DNA from: Parcubacteria group bacterium
GTDB taxonomy: Bacteria > Patescibacteriota > JACQLU01
Direction of reading: 5' to 3'
Length of the DNA stretch: 42,834 nucleotides
Assembly: GCA_016203935.1 (NCBI GenBank)
Contig: JACQLU010000006.1
Coordinates: 1 to 42,834, forward strand
Under the pieces are notes generated by a model. The model did no database searches. It saw only the letters and a program-made list of their open reading frames with translations, and had not been told where the DNA came from. Of the stretch, positions 23,575 to 32,706 are shown in pieces. The position numbers and the translations under genes were made by a program. The stretch's first letter is position 1. Each line of letters opens with the position of its first letter.

Positions 23575-24966
23575 ATGCTACCACTCTTGCGAAACATATC
23601 ACGCCGTAAACTCCTCCTCATTGCGGGAGATCTTTGTATCGTCAGCATCACGTTGGTACTGGCGGGACTCCAGTTTTTTCCCCTGGCGAGGTTTTGGTAT
23701 CTCACTCGCACCTTCTGGTGGACGACGTTGATTGCGATTTTTCTCTGGCCAATCGTTATTTTTCTCGCGAAAGGGTACGACACTGAAGAGGTACAAGATC
23801 GATCGCGAACGGCCAGCATCTTGGCTACGGTTACGGTAGTGGTACTGATCTTACAAGGTTTTCTCTTCTTCTCCATCCCCGGCACTGATTTTTCACGCCG
23901 CATCCTCTTTACCCACGGGCTCTTTGTTTTTATTCTCCTTTTCCTGTGGAGGACGTCCTTTGCCGCCCTTATCAGCCTTCCTCGCTTCACTCGGCGGACT
24001 CTTATCCTTGGCACCAATTGGCAAGCGCGCCGCATCCTCGATGCGCTTATCCATGCGCCATCGGCTGGACTTAGGCCGGTAGGGGTTGTATCGCTCGATC
24101 CACAAGTGCCCGCTCCCCATACCTTTGGTGAAGCCCTGCTACCCGTCTATGCCGTATCCGATTTCAGCGATGTGATAGGCAAGGAACGGATCCAGACGAT
24201 CATCGTCGCTGCTACACCACCGCTCGCGCGTGACCTCGCCCGTGAACTGTTGCGCTTCACGCGCGAGCGAGTGATAGTACTCCCGTTTATTGAACTTTAT
24301 AGCTCGCTCGAAGGACGCATCCCGCTTCGCTATTTAACCGAGAGTACGGAATTTCTCTCGTTCTTTAAACCGGCCTCACCGCTAAGGCTCGCATGGGAAG
24401 GAATTGCCAATACCATCGTGGCGTTAGTGCTAGGGATTCTCCTTCTTCCGCTTGCGCTCCTCACTGCCATCGCCATTCTCGCCGTCGATGGTTGGCCGAT
24501 TCTCTTTATTCAAAAGCGGTGGGGCCAGTACGGAAGACCTTTTAACCTCATCAAATTTAGGACTATGAGAAACCTCCCTCTCGGTGCCGATTTCACGTCG
24601 GGCAAGGAAGACGAGAAGCGAATCACGCCCTTGGGAAATTTCTTACGAAAGACGCGGCTCGATGAGATTCCACAACTTTGGAACATCCTCGTTCGACAGA
24701 TGAATTTTATAGGTCCCCGGCCTGACCGAAGCGGACTTGCCCAAACGTTCGCGGCGAAGATTCCTTTTTATCGCGAGCGCTACCTCATGAAGCCGGGCGT
24801 CACCGGCTGGGCACAGGTCAAGCACGGCTATGGTTTTACCGAATCGCATACCCGCGAGAAGCTCGAGTACGAACTTTACTATATGAAATACCGGTCGATC
24901 CTTTTTGATCTCATTATCATTTTGAAGACTCTTGAGGTAATCTTCACCGGCAGGGGAGCACGATAA
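23575..24966 (+). CDS. Polyprenyl-phosphate glycosyl-1-phosphate transferase (WbaP/EpsB-type bacterial sugar transferase)
   Basis: N-terminal TM bundle. C-terminal KFRTM ... DEIPQLWNIL ... MNFIGPRP ... KPGVTGWAQV signature. Confidence 0.85.
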   Translation: MLPLLRNISRRKLLLIAGDLCIVSITLVLAGLQFFPLARFWYLTRTFWWTTLIAIFLWPIVIFLAKGYDTEEVQDRSRTASILATVTVVVLILQGFLFFSIPGTDFSRRILFTHGLFVFILLFLWRTSFAALISLPRFTRRTLILGTNWQARRILDALIHAPSAGLRPVGVVSLDPQVPAPHTFGEALLPVYAVSDFSDVIGKERIQTIIVAATPPLARDLARELLRFTRERVIVLPFIELYSSLEGRIPLRYLTESTEFLSFFKPASPLRLAWEGIANTIVALVLGILLLPLALLTAIAILAVDGWPILFIQKRWGQYGRPFNLIKFRTMRNLPLGADFTSGKEDEKRITPLGNFLRKTRLDEIPQLWNILVRQMNFIGPRPDRSGLAQTFAAKIPFYRERYLMKPGVTGWAQVKHGYGFTESHTREKLEYELYYMKYRSILFDLIIILKTLEVIFTGRGAR

Positions 24967-25019
24967 GAATACACGAAACTACACTAATAAGAACACGAAG
25001 CAACACGAATGGAAACAAT
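24967..25019. repeat. Family-D ACACGAA array
   Basis: Sequence gaatacacgaa actacactaa taagaacacgaa gcaacacgaa. Confidence 0.75.
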
Positions 25020-25057
25020 AAGAATAGCCGTTCCGAGATCTCGGAACGGCAATTCTT
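25020..25057 (+). terminator. Hairpin terminator after the sugar transferase
   Basis: 24-bp perfect palindrome gccgttccgaga/tctcggaacggc, extended by aagaat/attctt. Confidence 0.6.
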
Positions 25058-25067
25058 ATGCGTGGCC

Positions 25068-25096
25068 TTGATAAATATCATTTTGTGTGATATATT
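25068..25096 (+). promoter_or_regulatory. Sigma70-like promoter with an extended -10
   Basis: TTGATA, 17 nt, TATATT, preceded by TGa. Confidence 0.55.
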
Positions 25097-25118
25097 ATGT
25101 CGTTCTTAAATCTAGCGA

Positions 25119-26969
25119 ATGGCATCTCAAGCAAGCCAAAAACTAAAGAAAAACCTTGCCCTTTTGGGGTGGTTTGTTGTTATTCTCGCTATAGTAGCGG
25201 GTCTTTTGCTTGCTGACATGGCGCTCGCAGCGGCCAGTATTAAGCGGATAGTAACGGCTTCGGCTACGCATATTCCTGCCAATGGGGACGGTCTTAAGCT
25301 TATCGAAAATCGTATCACGCGCATCGAGCGAAGCCTAAACCGCATTGCGCGAGATATTCGCATATTGCGCCCGCTTGAGGCTATTCCGTCAGTTGCTACC
25401 TCGTTTGACGATATTCGTACCTATCTAGCAGTGGGAGAGAGGGCAGTCGAAGCGGGCAAACTCCAACTTCGCCTCATCGAGAAAATTTCGGGGATTGCCA
25501 CCTCCGATCTTCTCAAGGTAGGGAATATGCCGCCCGAGACCCGCCGGCGCGTCATCACGGTTTTTACAGATGCGCACGAAAATCTCATTGCTTCGTTGAC
25601 CTCGTTTGACGAAACGATTGGGAAAATAAAAGAACCGTCATTTCCCGTAAGCCAAATCCTACAAGGCATCCATACCTCGCTCCTCCCGAAGTTACAGATC
25701 GCCGAGCGGGAATACCAGCGGCTCATTGCCCTTGAGGCCGGCCTTCCTAAACTGCTCGGATTCGACGGAGCAAAAAAGTACCTCTTGCTCTTCCAAAACA
25801 GCAATGAACTACGACCTACCGGAGGATTTATTGGTTCGTATGCTTTGGTAACCAGCGAGAATGGCACCATCACCTCGCTCGCCACCGATAACATTTATAA
25901 TCTCGATAACCGGGTGCGCTCCTCGGTGCGACCGCCAGAACCGGTGGCGCGCTATCTCATTGATCGTCTCTATGTGCGCGACGCCAACTGGCTTCCCAAT
26001 TTCCCTGAAACCGGAGCGCTCCTTGCCGATCTTTTTCGAGCGGAGAGCGGCACTGCCGTTGAGGCCGTCATCGCCCTTACCCCACGAGTGGTTGAGACCA
26101 TGGTCGCTGCCGTGGGACCACTTACGATTCCTGGTGTTGACGAGAAACTCACCGCCGAAACTATTACGAGTTTCATCGAGCGCGAAGTAGGGGTAGATGC
26201 CCCGCTACGGGGAGAAGGCCAAGGAACCCGCAAGGCAATTATCGGCGTGATCGCTGAAACCCTGCTTGCCAAAATCCGCAGCGCTCCGGCGGAACGGCAA
26301 CTCCGTTTACTGCTTGCCCTTGGTATCGCACTCGATCGTAAAGATATCCAGGTATGGTTTAAGGATGGCGAACTCCAAAAACTCGCCGCGCTCGCCGAGG
26401 CCGACGGAGCACTCCCCCAAACCTCGCAGGATTTTCTCATGTTGGTAGAAGCAAATCTTGGTGGGCGCAAATCGGATCCTCACGTCGCGCGTACCCTTAC
26501 CTATACGGTCGATCTTACCGCTCCCACACCATCGGCTGAATTAACGGTGACCTATACCCACGACGGCACACGGAATGAATTGGTCGACGCGTGGCGGGGT
26601 TACGTCCGACTCTATGCGCCGCGAGGCTCGTGGCTTACCCTCATGGAAGGAGGAGAAGCCAAGCCGGATTACACCGACGAATCGGGCTACAAGGTCTTTG
26701 GGACATTCCTTTCTGTGCCGGTAGGCGAGGAACGCACCCTTCGTTTTCGCTACGACCTTCCGACTGAGGTGATCAGGGAGGGTACCTACACACTTACGCT
26801 TACCGAGCAAGCCGGCACTCTCGGCTATCCCGCAACCGTGAAGGTACGCTTTCCTAGGATGGTAGAGTCGGTAAGGACGCTGGATTTGTATGAACTTTCC
26901 GAGGACGGCACACTCATTACCTACCACGCCACCTTAAATCAAAATCAAACCCTTACGGCTACGTTTTGA
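25119..26969 (+). CDS. DUF4012-like membrane-anchored protein
   Basis: N-terminal TM anchor. The NSNELRPTGGFIGSYALV block is as I recall it from DUF4012 proteins, which are often found next to polysaccharide loci. Confidence 0.6.
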   Translation: MASQASQKLKKNLALLGWFVVILAIVAGLLLADMALAAASIKRIVTASATHIPANGDGLKLIENRITRIERSLNRIARDIRILRPLEAIPSVATSFDDIRTYLAVGERAVEAGKLQLRLIEKISGIATSDLLKVGNMPPETRRRVITVFTDAHENLIASLTSFDETIGKIKEPSFPVSQILQGIHTSLLPKLQIAEREYQRLIALEAGLPKLLGFDGAKKYLLLFQNSNELRPTGGFIGSYALVTSENGTITSLATDNIYNLDNRVRSSVRPPEPVARYLIDRLYVRDANWLPNFPETGALLADLFRAESGTAVEAVIALTPRVVETMVAAVGPLTIPGVDEKLTAETITSFIEREVGVDAPLRGEGQGTRKAIIGVIAETLLAKIRSAPAERQLRLLLALGIALDRKDIQVWFKDGELQKLAALAEADGALPQTSQDFLMLVEANLGGRKSDPHVARTLTYTVDLTAPTPSAELTVTYTHDGTRNELVDAWRGYVRLYAPRGSWLTLMEGGEAKPDYTDESGYKVFGTFLSVPVGEERTLRFRYDLPTEVIREGTYTLTLTEQAGTLGYPATVKVRFPRMVESVRTLDLYELSEDGTLITYHATLNQNQTLTATF

Positions 26970-27027
26970 CATATCCCGAGCCTCATCTTTAGAATAGGGA
27001 TATGTGGGTAGAGTTTGTCTTCTTATT

Positions 27028-28248
27028 ATGAGGAGAGTAATTAAAATACTTTTTGGTCTTGCCTTCTCGATCGCGCTCTTTAGCGCCGGTCTTTTTGTTG
27101 GCTACCGTGAAGCCAAACTCGAGGTACTCGCTACTCCTCCCCGCGCCAGCGACGGTGCAACTATCGTCAATACCACCGGGGCACCCCGGGAGGTTGACTT
27201 TGGGCTCTTTTGGCAGGCGTGGAATGTACTTTCGACAAAGTATTTGAGAAAACCCCTTCCGGCACAAGAGCTGCTCTATGGTGCTATCCAAGGCGCCGTC
27301 GCAGCACTCGGCGACCCCTACACAGTCTTTCTTGATCCTAAGACCAACGAAGCGTTTAACGAGGAACTCTCCGGAACCTTCGATGGCATTGGCGCCGAGA
27401 TAGGAATTCGCAATGATCAGACGACGATCATTGCGCCGCTTAAGGACTCGCCGGCGGAAAAGGCGGGGGTCCAACCGGGGGACGTGATCCTACGCATTGA
27501 CGATGAGGATACCACCGGCCTTCTCCTCGAAGAGGCGGTAACCAAGATCCGCGGGCCCAAAGGGAGCACGGTCAAGCTTACCCTCATGCGTAATCACGAC
27601 CGTAACCAAATTCTTGAGCTTACGATGGTGAGAAACACCATCCGCGTTGCGAGTGTGAGCTGGACATTCCGCCCCGACGATATTCTCCTCATCGAATCTT
27701 CACGGTTTGGCGAAGACGTAGCAACACGATTCGATGAGCTGGCACGCGAAGCGAAGGAAAAAGAGATCAAGGGCGTCATACTCGATTTACGCAACAACGC
27801 GGGTGGGTTTTTAGATGCCGCGGTAGTGATGGCATCAGAATTTATTCGTGAGGGAGTGATTGTGATCGATCACCGCCCGGGCCAAGAGGACTCGGCGCTC
27901 ACCGCACACGGCAAAGGGAGGTTCTTAGAGGTTCCCCTGGTCCTCTTAGTAAATGAAGGGTCGGCGTCGGCATCGGAAATTGTCACCGGCGCGATTCAGG
28001 ATTATAAGCGCGGAACGGCGGTAGGAACCAAGACGTTTGGTAAAGGATCGGTGCAGGAGCTTGAAACGCTGCCGCAGGGAACCGCGCTCAAAGTTACCGT
28101 GGCCGAGTGGCTCACCCCCAAGCGGCGCCAAATCAATGAAGTGGGGCTTGAACCCGACGTCGTGGTTGAGCGAACCGACGAAGATATTAATGCCGATCGA
28201 GATCCACAACTTGAGAAAGCAATAGAATTACTTTCTCGAAATTTCTAA
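27028..28248 (+). CDS. S41 carboxy-terminal processing protease with a PDZ domain
   Basis: PDZ block SPAEKAGVQPGDVILRID. Catalytic blocks NEGSASASEIV and TFGKGSVQ. N-terminal anchor present. Confidence 0.85.
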   Translation: MRRVIKILFGLAFSIALFSAGLFVGYREAKLEVLATPPRASDGATIVNTTGAPREVDFGLFWQAWNVLSTKYLRKPLPAQELLYGAIQGAVAALGDPYTVFLDPKTNEAFNEELSGTFDGIGAEIGIRNDQTTIIAPLKDSPAEKAGVQPGDVILRIDDEDTTGLLLEEAVTKIRGPKGSTVKLTLMRNHDRNQILELTMVRNTIRVASVSWTFRPDDILLIESSRFGEDVATRFDELAREAKEKEIKGVILDLRNNAGGFLDAAVVMASEFIREGVIVIDHRPGQEDSALTAHGKGRFLEVPLVLLVNEGSASASEIVTGAIQDYKRGTAVGTKTFGKGSVQELETLPQGTALKVTVAEWLTPKRRQINEVGLEPDVVVERTDEDINADRDPQLEKAIELLSRNF

Positions 28249-28328
28249 TTTCCAATTTCTAATTTCTAAACAAATTCAAATTACCAATGTATTTGTTTAG
28301 GATTTAGAGTTTGAGTCTAGAATTGCTT

Positions 28329-28778
28329 ATGAAGATTTTATTATTAAAAGATGTCCGCGGCACAGGGAAACGCGGTGAAGTAAAAGAGGTTGCCGATGGC
28401 TACGCCGCCAATTTCCTCATTCCCCAGAAACTCGCGGTAGTGGCGACCAAATCAACGCTCGAGAGCTTCAAGGCCATGCGCGAGAACGCGGTAGCGCACG
28501 AAGCAAAAAATTACGAAGCGGCGCTCAAGGGAGCCGAGGCGCTTGCCACCTCGCCACTCGTCATCGAAGCGAGAGCTAATGAGAAGGGGAATCTCTTCGG
28601 CGGTATCGACGTCAAGGCGATCGCTAAAGCGACAAGCGAGCGAGTCGGTATGTCGCTTTCAAGTGATCTCATCGAGTTACCCCAACATATAGACACCCTT
28701 GGCACGTATCCATTTACACTCCATGTAGGTCCAGCTGAAACTCGAACATTTTCAGTCAGTGTCGTCCCAGGGAAATGA
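28329..28778 (+). CDS. rplI: 50S ribosomal protein L9
   Basis: MKILLLKDVRGTGKRGEVKEVADGYAANFLIPQKLA. Confidence 0.9.
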   Translation: MKILLLKDVRGTGKRGEVKEVADGYAANFLIPQKLAVVATKSTLESFKAMRENAVAHEAKNYEAALKGAEALATSPLVIEARANEKGNLFGGIDVKAIAKATSERVGMSLSSDLIELPQHIDTLGTYPFTLHVGPAETRTFSVSVVPGK

Positions 28779-28797
28779 GTTTCTCTTTTCATCCTTA

Positions 28798-28823
28798 TAG
28801 GCTAATTCGCGCGAATTAGCCTA
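28798..28823 (+). terminator. Palindromic hairpin after rplI
   Basis: Sequence taggctaattcgc/gcgaattagccta. There is no clear T-run. Confidence 0.45.
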
Positions 28824-28947
28824 TTAATAGGACTCTGGGGTTGGAGTGAAGTACGCGGCGGCACTTCGAGTGGTGACCTTAGTGGAACCAAGCCCCCGCG
28901 CTTTACAGTCGAAGTGTAAAATAAGAAAGTAGACAAGGAGGGAATAC

Positions 28948-29919
28948 ATGAAAATCGCACTCACGCTTGGGATAGCTTTTCTCTTGTTCCCCTCGGGAGC
29001 GGAAACGGAGGGAGTAGAAGGAAACCCTATCGACCTTACTCCGCATGGGGTCATTATCCCTGTGGGAGAAGATCCCTACGCCCTCGCCCTTCGCCCCGAC
29101 GGCTTGTTCCTCTACGTAGCGAACATGGGCGACGATACGGTCACTGTCATTGATACGACCCTCAACACGGCGATTGTCACCATCAAGGTCGATCATATAC
29201 CGATCCGAATACGATTTGCGCCCAAGGGTGATGCTGCGTTTGTAGTAACCATAAGTGGCGCCGTCTCGGTACTCGATGCACTTGAGCATGCTTTTTTCAC
29301 TACACTATGGTGGGAGGGCATCAGTCCCACTGACCTTGCTGTTGCTCCCGACGGCAACCATCTCTACATCATGAACGGTCTCACGAGCGATGTCTCGCTT
29401 GTGAATCTTACTCTTGGAGTAGAGGAGCGACGCATCGCGGTAGCAGGCAACTTCGGCTTTGTGGTTATGGATCCTGCGGGTTCTTATGCATATGCTGCCA
29501 GTATCTTCAGCTCCGCTATTGCTGCGATCGATACTACACAGAACTTGGTGATCGGCAGTACCGCGGTCGCTGAATTCCCGAGCGACATGGCGGTGAGCAG
29601 CGATGGAAGGCATCTCTTTGTGAGTAGTGTCCCGGCCGATACGCTTTCGGTTATCGACACTGCCTCACTTGAGATAGAAGCGGCAATCCGAGTAGGAAAC
29701 ACACCGAGAGGCATCGCCGAAAATCCCCGCAAGCACGAACTCTACGTGGCCAATACGAATGCGACGGTATTTTCGGTGATTGACCTAACGACTCTTACGC
29801 TTACGCGTGAAGTTGAAGTGGGTACTGGCATCACCGACATTGCCACCCATCCACTTGGCGATCGAATCTACCTCGCCAACGCTACGCGCGATGCGGTGAT
29901 GGTAATTCCTGTGCCTTAG
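28948..29919 (+). CDS. Secreted YVTN-family beta-propeller repeat protein (copy A)
   Basis: Signal peptide. Repeated LYVAN..dDTVTVIDT-type blades. AAGGAGGG SD. Confidence 0.8.
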   Translation: MKIALTLGIAFLLFPSGAETEGVEGNPIDLTPHGVIIPVGEDPYALALRPDGLFLYVANMGDDTVTVIDTTLNTAIVTIKVDHIPIRIRFAPKGDAAFVVTISGAVSVLDALEHAFFTTLWWEGISPTDLAVAPDGNHLYIMNGLTSDVSLVNLTLGVEERRIAVAGNFGFVVMDPAGSYAYAASIFSSAIAAIDTTQNLVIGSTAVAEFPSDMAVSSDGRHLFVSSVPADTLSVIDTASLEIEAAIRVGNTPRGIAENPRKHELYVANTNATVFSVIDLTTLTLTREVEVGTGITDIATHPLGDRIYLANATRDAVMVIPVP

Positions 29920-29967
29920 TGCGGAAACCTTAAATGGCCGCGGGCTTCTCTTTGTCCGCGGCCGTCT
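29890..29967 (+). repeat. 78-bp direct repeat, copy 1 (last 10 codons of YVTN-A plus its terminator)
   Basis: 77 of 78 positions identical to 31329-31406. Confidence 0.9.
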
Positions 29968-29975
29968 CCTTTTTG
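29936..29975 (+). terminator. Rho-independent terminator of YVTN-A
   Basis: Stem ggccgcgg / ccgcggcc, then gtctccttttt. Confidence 0.7.
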
Positions 29976-30000
29976 ACTTTCGCCAAAAACATAGTATAAT
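29973..30000 (+). promoter_or_regulatory. Sigma70-like promoter of YVTN-B
   Basis: TTGACT, 16 nt, TATAAT. Confidence 0.6.
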
Positions 30001-30049
30001 AAGATGCTCTTTATACGAGAGCAAATCCATTTAAAATCAGGAGGGTAAC

Positions 30050-31045
30050 GTGGCTAAATACCTCGGTCTGGTCATGCTCGCGATACTTCTTGGAAACGGC
30101 TTTGCTAGCCAAATTGAATCCGAAGTTATCGCATCGGTGGGAAACTTTGATTACCCCGTTGCAATAGGGGTTCATCCTAGTGGTTCGCCGCTCTACATAG
30201 CCAATAGTGGCGACTCAACAATCTCGATAGTGGAGACTGGAACCTTTGGAGAGACGCAGAGAGTCTGGTTGTCTCAAGATCGCCCACTCGCCGTGGCTAT
30301 CTCACCAACTACGCTCATGGCGTACATTCCAACTGATTCAGGGAATGTCTATCTTCTGGACCTCGTCAGTGACGAGCTTATCGCATTTGTGCGGTGGGCG
30401 AATTTGGAACCGCGTGATATAGCAATCGATCCCGAAGGGAAACACCTCTATGTCCTACCTCACTTTCTTGCCGGTCAGGAAAACGGGGTTGTGGTAATCG
30501 ACCTGACAACCTTGAGGATGATCGACTCCATCGATGTCGATGCCTCCGATGGGTCTATCCTCCTCAGTCCCGACGGGTACGAGCTCTACGTGGTCAGCCC
30601 CTACGAGAACGTGCTGTCGGTTCTTGCTACAGCACGGAGGGGGCGTACGCCTATTAGGGTTCCTTTGGGAAGCACTGATCTCGCGTTAAGCACCGATGGC
30701 CGCTACCTTTATGCGGTATCAGTTTATCACAACGCATTATCGGTGTTCGATACGGCAAGCTATGATGTGGTTGCGACCAAATCCCTTGCTGGCGAGCTTC
30801 CCGAGAGTGATCAGCGTATTCCTTCGAATCCAACAAAAATTACGGTAAGCCCTTTGGGCAACCGTGCCTACGTGACGAGTTTCACGACCGGGATGCTCAC
30901 CGTAGTTGATACCATGACAAACGAGGTTGTCGCGACGAGAGAAATAGCTAATGGTCTCTCGGACGTCGCAGTCAGTCCGGATGGCGGAAGGGTATACGTG
31001 ATAAATGCACTCACCAATACCCTTACCGTTCTACCGGCGTTCTAG
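30050..31045 (+). CDS. Secreted YVTN-family beta-propeller repeat protein (copy B)
   Basis: GTG start after AGGAGGG. Signal peptide. Repeated LYI/VAN...tIsvV/ID blades. Confidence 0.8.
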   Translation: MAKYLGLVMLAILLGNGFASQIESEVIASVGNFDYPVAIGVHPSGSPLYIANSGDSTISIVETGTFGETQRVWLSQDRPLAVAISPTTLMAYIPTDSGNVYLLDLVSDELIAFVRWANLEPRDIAIDPEGKHLYVLPHFLAGQENGVVVIDLTTLRMIDSIDVDASDGSILLSPDGYELYVVSPYENVLSVLATARRGRTPIRVPLGSTDLALSTDGRYLYAVSVYHNALSVFDTASYDVVATKSLAGELPESDQRIPSNPTKITVSPLGNRAYVTSFTTGMLTVVDTMTNEVVATREIANGLSDVAVSPDGGRVYVINALTNTLTVLPAF

Positions 31046-31067
31046 ATAGAAGAGAGACTCTATCACT

Positions 31068-31103
31068 GCCGCTTGTGAATCCTCACGAGCGGCTCTTCTT
31101 TTT
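31068..31103 (+). terminator. Rho-independent terminator of YVTN-B
   Basis: 11-bp stem gccgcttgtga / tcacgagcggc, followed by tcttcttttt. Confidence 0.75.
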
Positions 31104-31211
31104 GACTCGAATACTCTTTAAGCGAACTGAGGTAGGAGGAACCATCTATTCACGAGTGAATAGATGGTTCCGTGGTAAAATCCAAAATGGAAAAGTACAC
31201 GCGAGAAAGAA

Positions 31212-31328
31212 TCAACCGAGTACGCTCCCCAGCATACCGGGTGCGCCGCGGAGGAAATCTTGGGTTGACATACGATTCTTACCGGCAAGCTGCACTTCAT
31301 CAAGCAGTAAAAATGTTTCGCCGCCCAT
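31212..31328 (-). pseudogene. Relic of the 3' end of fmt (last ~38 codons)
   Basis: Translates to GGETFLLLDEVQLAGKNRMSTQDFLRGAPGMLGSVLG*. The intact fmt C-terminus is GGDSLLILDEVQLAGKNRMAIQDFLRGAPDVLGNILG*. Confidence 0.8.
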
Positions 31329-31406
31329 GATGCAGTGATGGTAATTCCTGTGCCTTAGTGCGGAAACCTTAAATGGCCGCGGGCTTCTCTTTGTCCGCGG
31401 CCGTCT
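31329..31406 (+). repeat. 78-bp direct repeat, copy 2
   Basis: One mismatch to 29890-29967. Fused directly to the fmt relic. Confidence 0.9.
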
Positions 31407-31540
31407 TTTCATTACCCTCGGTACCGTAAGGTATTGAGACCATCGTCACCGACGCCGCGGGCATCATGCTCGCGGCGTTTTTCTTTTCAAAGAAGACTGC
31501 ACGCGAGTGCGTGCAGAGGAAGGAGACCGGGCGCTCGCGC

Positions 31541-31663
31541 CTATAAGAAGAGAGCTGAAAAGGCTCGGTATATGACCCAGAACAGTAGCGGCGTTGCGAT
31601 AAGAACGACAACGGCGACAATCACAACGGTAAGTAACGAAGCAAGGTATCTCACGGTTTTCAT
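31541..31663 (-). CDS. Small single-TM peptide (40 aa), not in the ORF track
   Basis: AAAGGAGGG SD then ATG. Translation MKTVRYLASLLTVVIVAVVVLIATPLLFWVIYRAFSALFL*. Confidence 0.4.
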   Translation of the reverse strand: MKTVRYLASLLTVVIVAVVVLIATPLLFWVIYRAFSALFL

Positions 31664-31733
31664 CTCCAAACCCTCCTTTCGAAAGTCGTTCTCAGCTTTC
31701 AATGGAAGTTATTGAAGTCCGACTTCAATAGTT

Positions 31734-32705
31734 TTATCCGAGGATATTGCCGAGTACATCGGGAGCGCCACGGAGGAAATCCTGGATTGCCATACGATTC
31801 TTACCGGCGAGCTGCACTTCGTCGAGGATTAGCAATGAATCGCCACCAGCGATTACTCCGGTTGCTTGATTTTCATCTCGGACGACCCTGCCCGGGGTCC
31901 GAAGGGGAAGGGGAATCGACACTGGAATTGTTCCTACCCACGCGCGATGGAGAATAAGTTGCTTCCCCTTCCAAAAGGTATACGCGGTTGGCCAAGGGGT
32001 AAAGGCACGAATCATCCGTTCAATCTCGACCGCACCTTTATCCCAAGCGATCCGGCCCTCTGCCTTGCTGATGACGCGAGTGATGGTCGCATCCTTATGG
32101 TTTTGCGGCACTGGCTTGATGCGACCAGCAACATACTCGGGAAGAACTCGAAGGAGAAGTTCACTTCCTGCATCTGCCAACCGCGGTTCCAAAGTCGCAG
32201 TTGTGTCGTCGGGTTGTATCGGGACCTCCACTTTTCCTATGACGGGACCATGATCAAGCTTGGCATCCATCTCCATGATGGTAACGCCGGTTACCGCGTC
32301 GCCGGCGAGAATCGCCGCCTGAATGGGACTGGCGCCTCGATACTTGGGAAGGAGCGAGCCGTGAAGGTTTAATGCCCCGCGCGGAGGAATATCGAGAAGT
32401 GCTTTTGGTATGATCTTCCCATATGCGGCGACAATCAAGAGCTCTGGCTCCTTACGCTTAAGAATATTGATAAACTCTTCGCTCATAATCTCGGAGGGAG
32501 TAACAACCGGAACTTTGGCCTCGAGTGCCGCTATCTTAAGCGGTGTTGGTTGCGGTCGCCAGAGGCGACCTTGCCTAAGCTTATCCGGTTGCGAGATAAC
32601 GAGCATTACCTCGTAGTCAGAAGGTTGACCAAGGAGGCGCATGAGCGCCGGAACACCAAACCTGGAGCTGCCGAAGAAGACGATCCCTACCGGCGAGGAG
32701 GTCAT
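31734..32705 (-). CDS. fmt: Methionyl-tRNA formyltransferase
   Basis: FFGSSRFGVPAL and HGSLLPKYRGASPIQAAIL motifs. The start at 32705 lies 1 nt after the def stop. The longer ORF-track start overlaps def. Confidence 0.9.
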   Translation of the reverse strand: MTSSPVGIVFFGSSRFGVPALMRLLGQPSDYEVMLVISQPDKLRQGRLWRPQPTPLKIAALEAKVPVVTPSEIMSEEFINILKRKEPELLIVAAYGKIIPKALLDIPPRGALNLHGSLLPKYRGASPIQAAILAGDAVTGVTIMEMDAKLDHGPVIGKVEVPIQPDDTTATLEPRLADAGSELLLRVLPEYVAGRIKPVPQNHKDATITRVISKAEGRIAWDKGAVEIERMIRAFTPWPTAYTFWKGKQLILHRAWVGTIPVSIPLPLRTPGRVVRDENQATGVIAGGDSLLILDEVQLAGKNRMAIQDFLRGAPDVLGNILG

Positions 32706-32706
32706 A

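Noticed and set aside
31369-31715. ORFs 31369..31620 (-) and 31434..31715 (+) between the repeat scar and fmt.
   Set aside because: They overlap each other and the duplicated terminator, have no SD, and have odd composition. Only the 40-aa SD-led ORF at 31541..31663 looks plausible.
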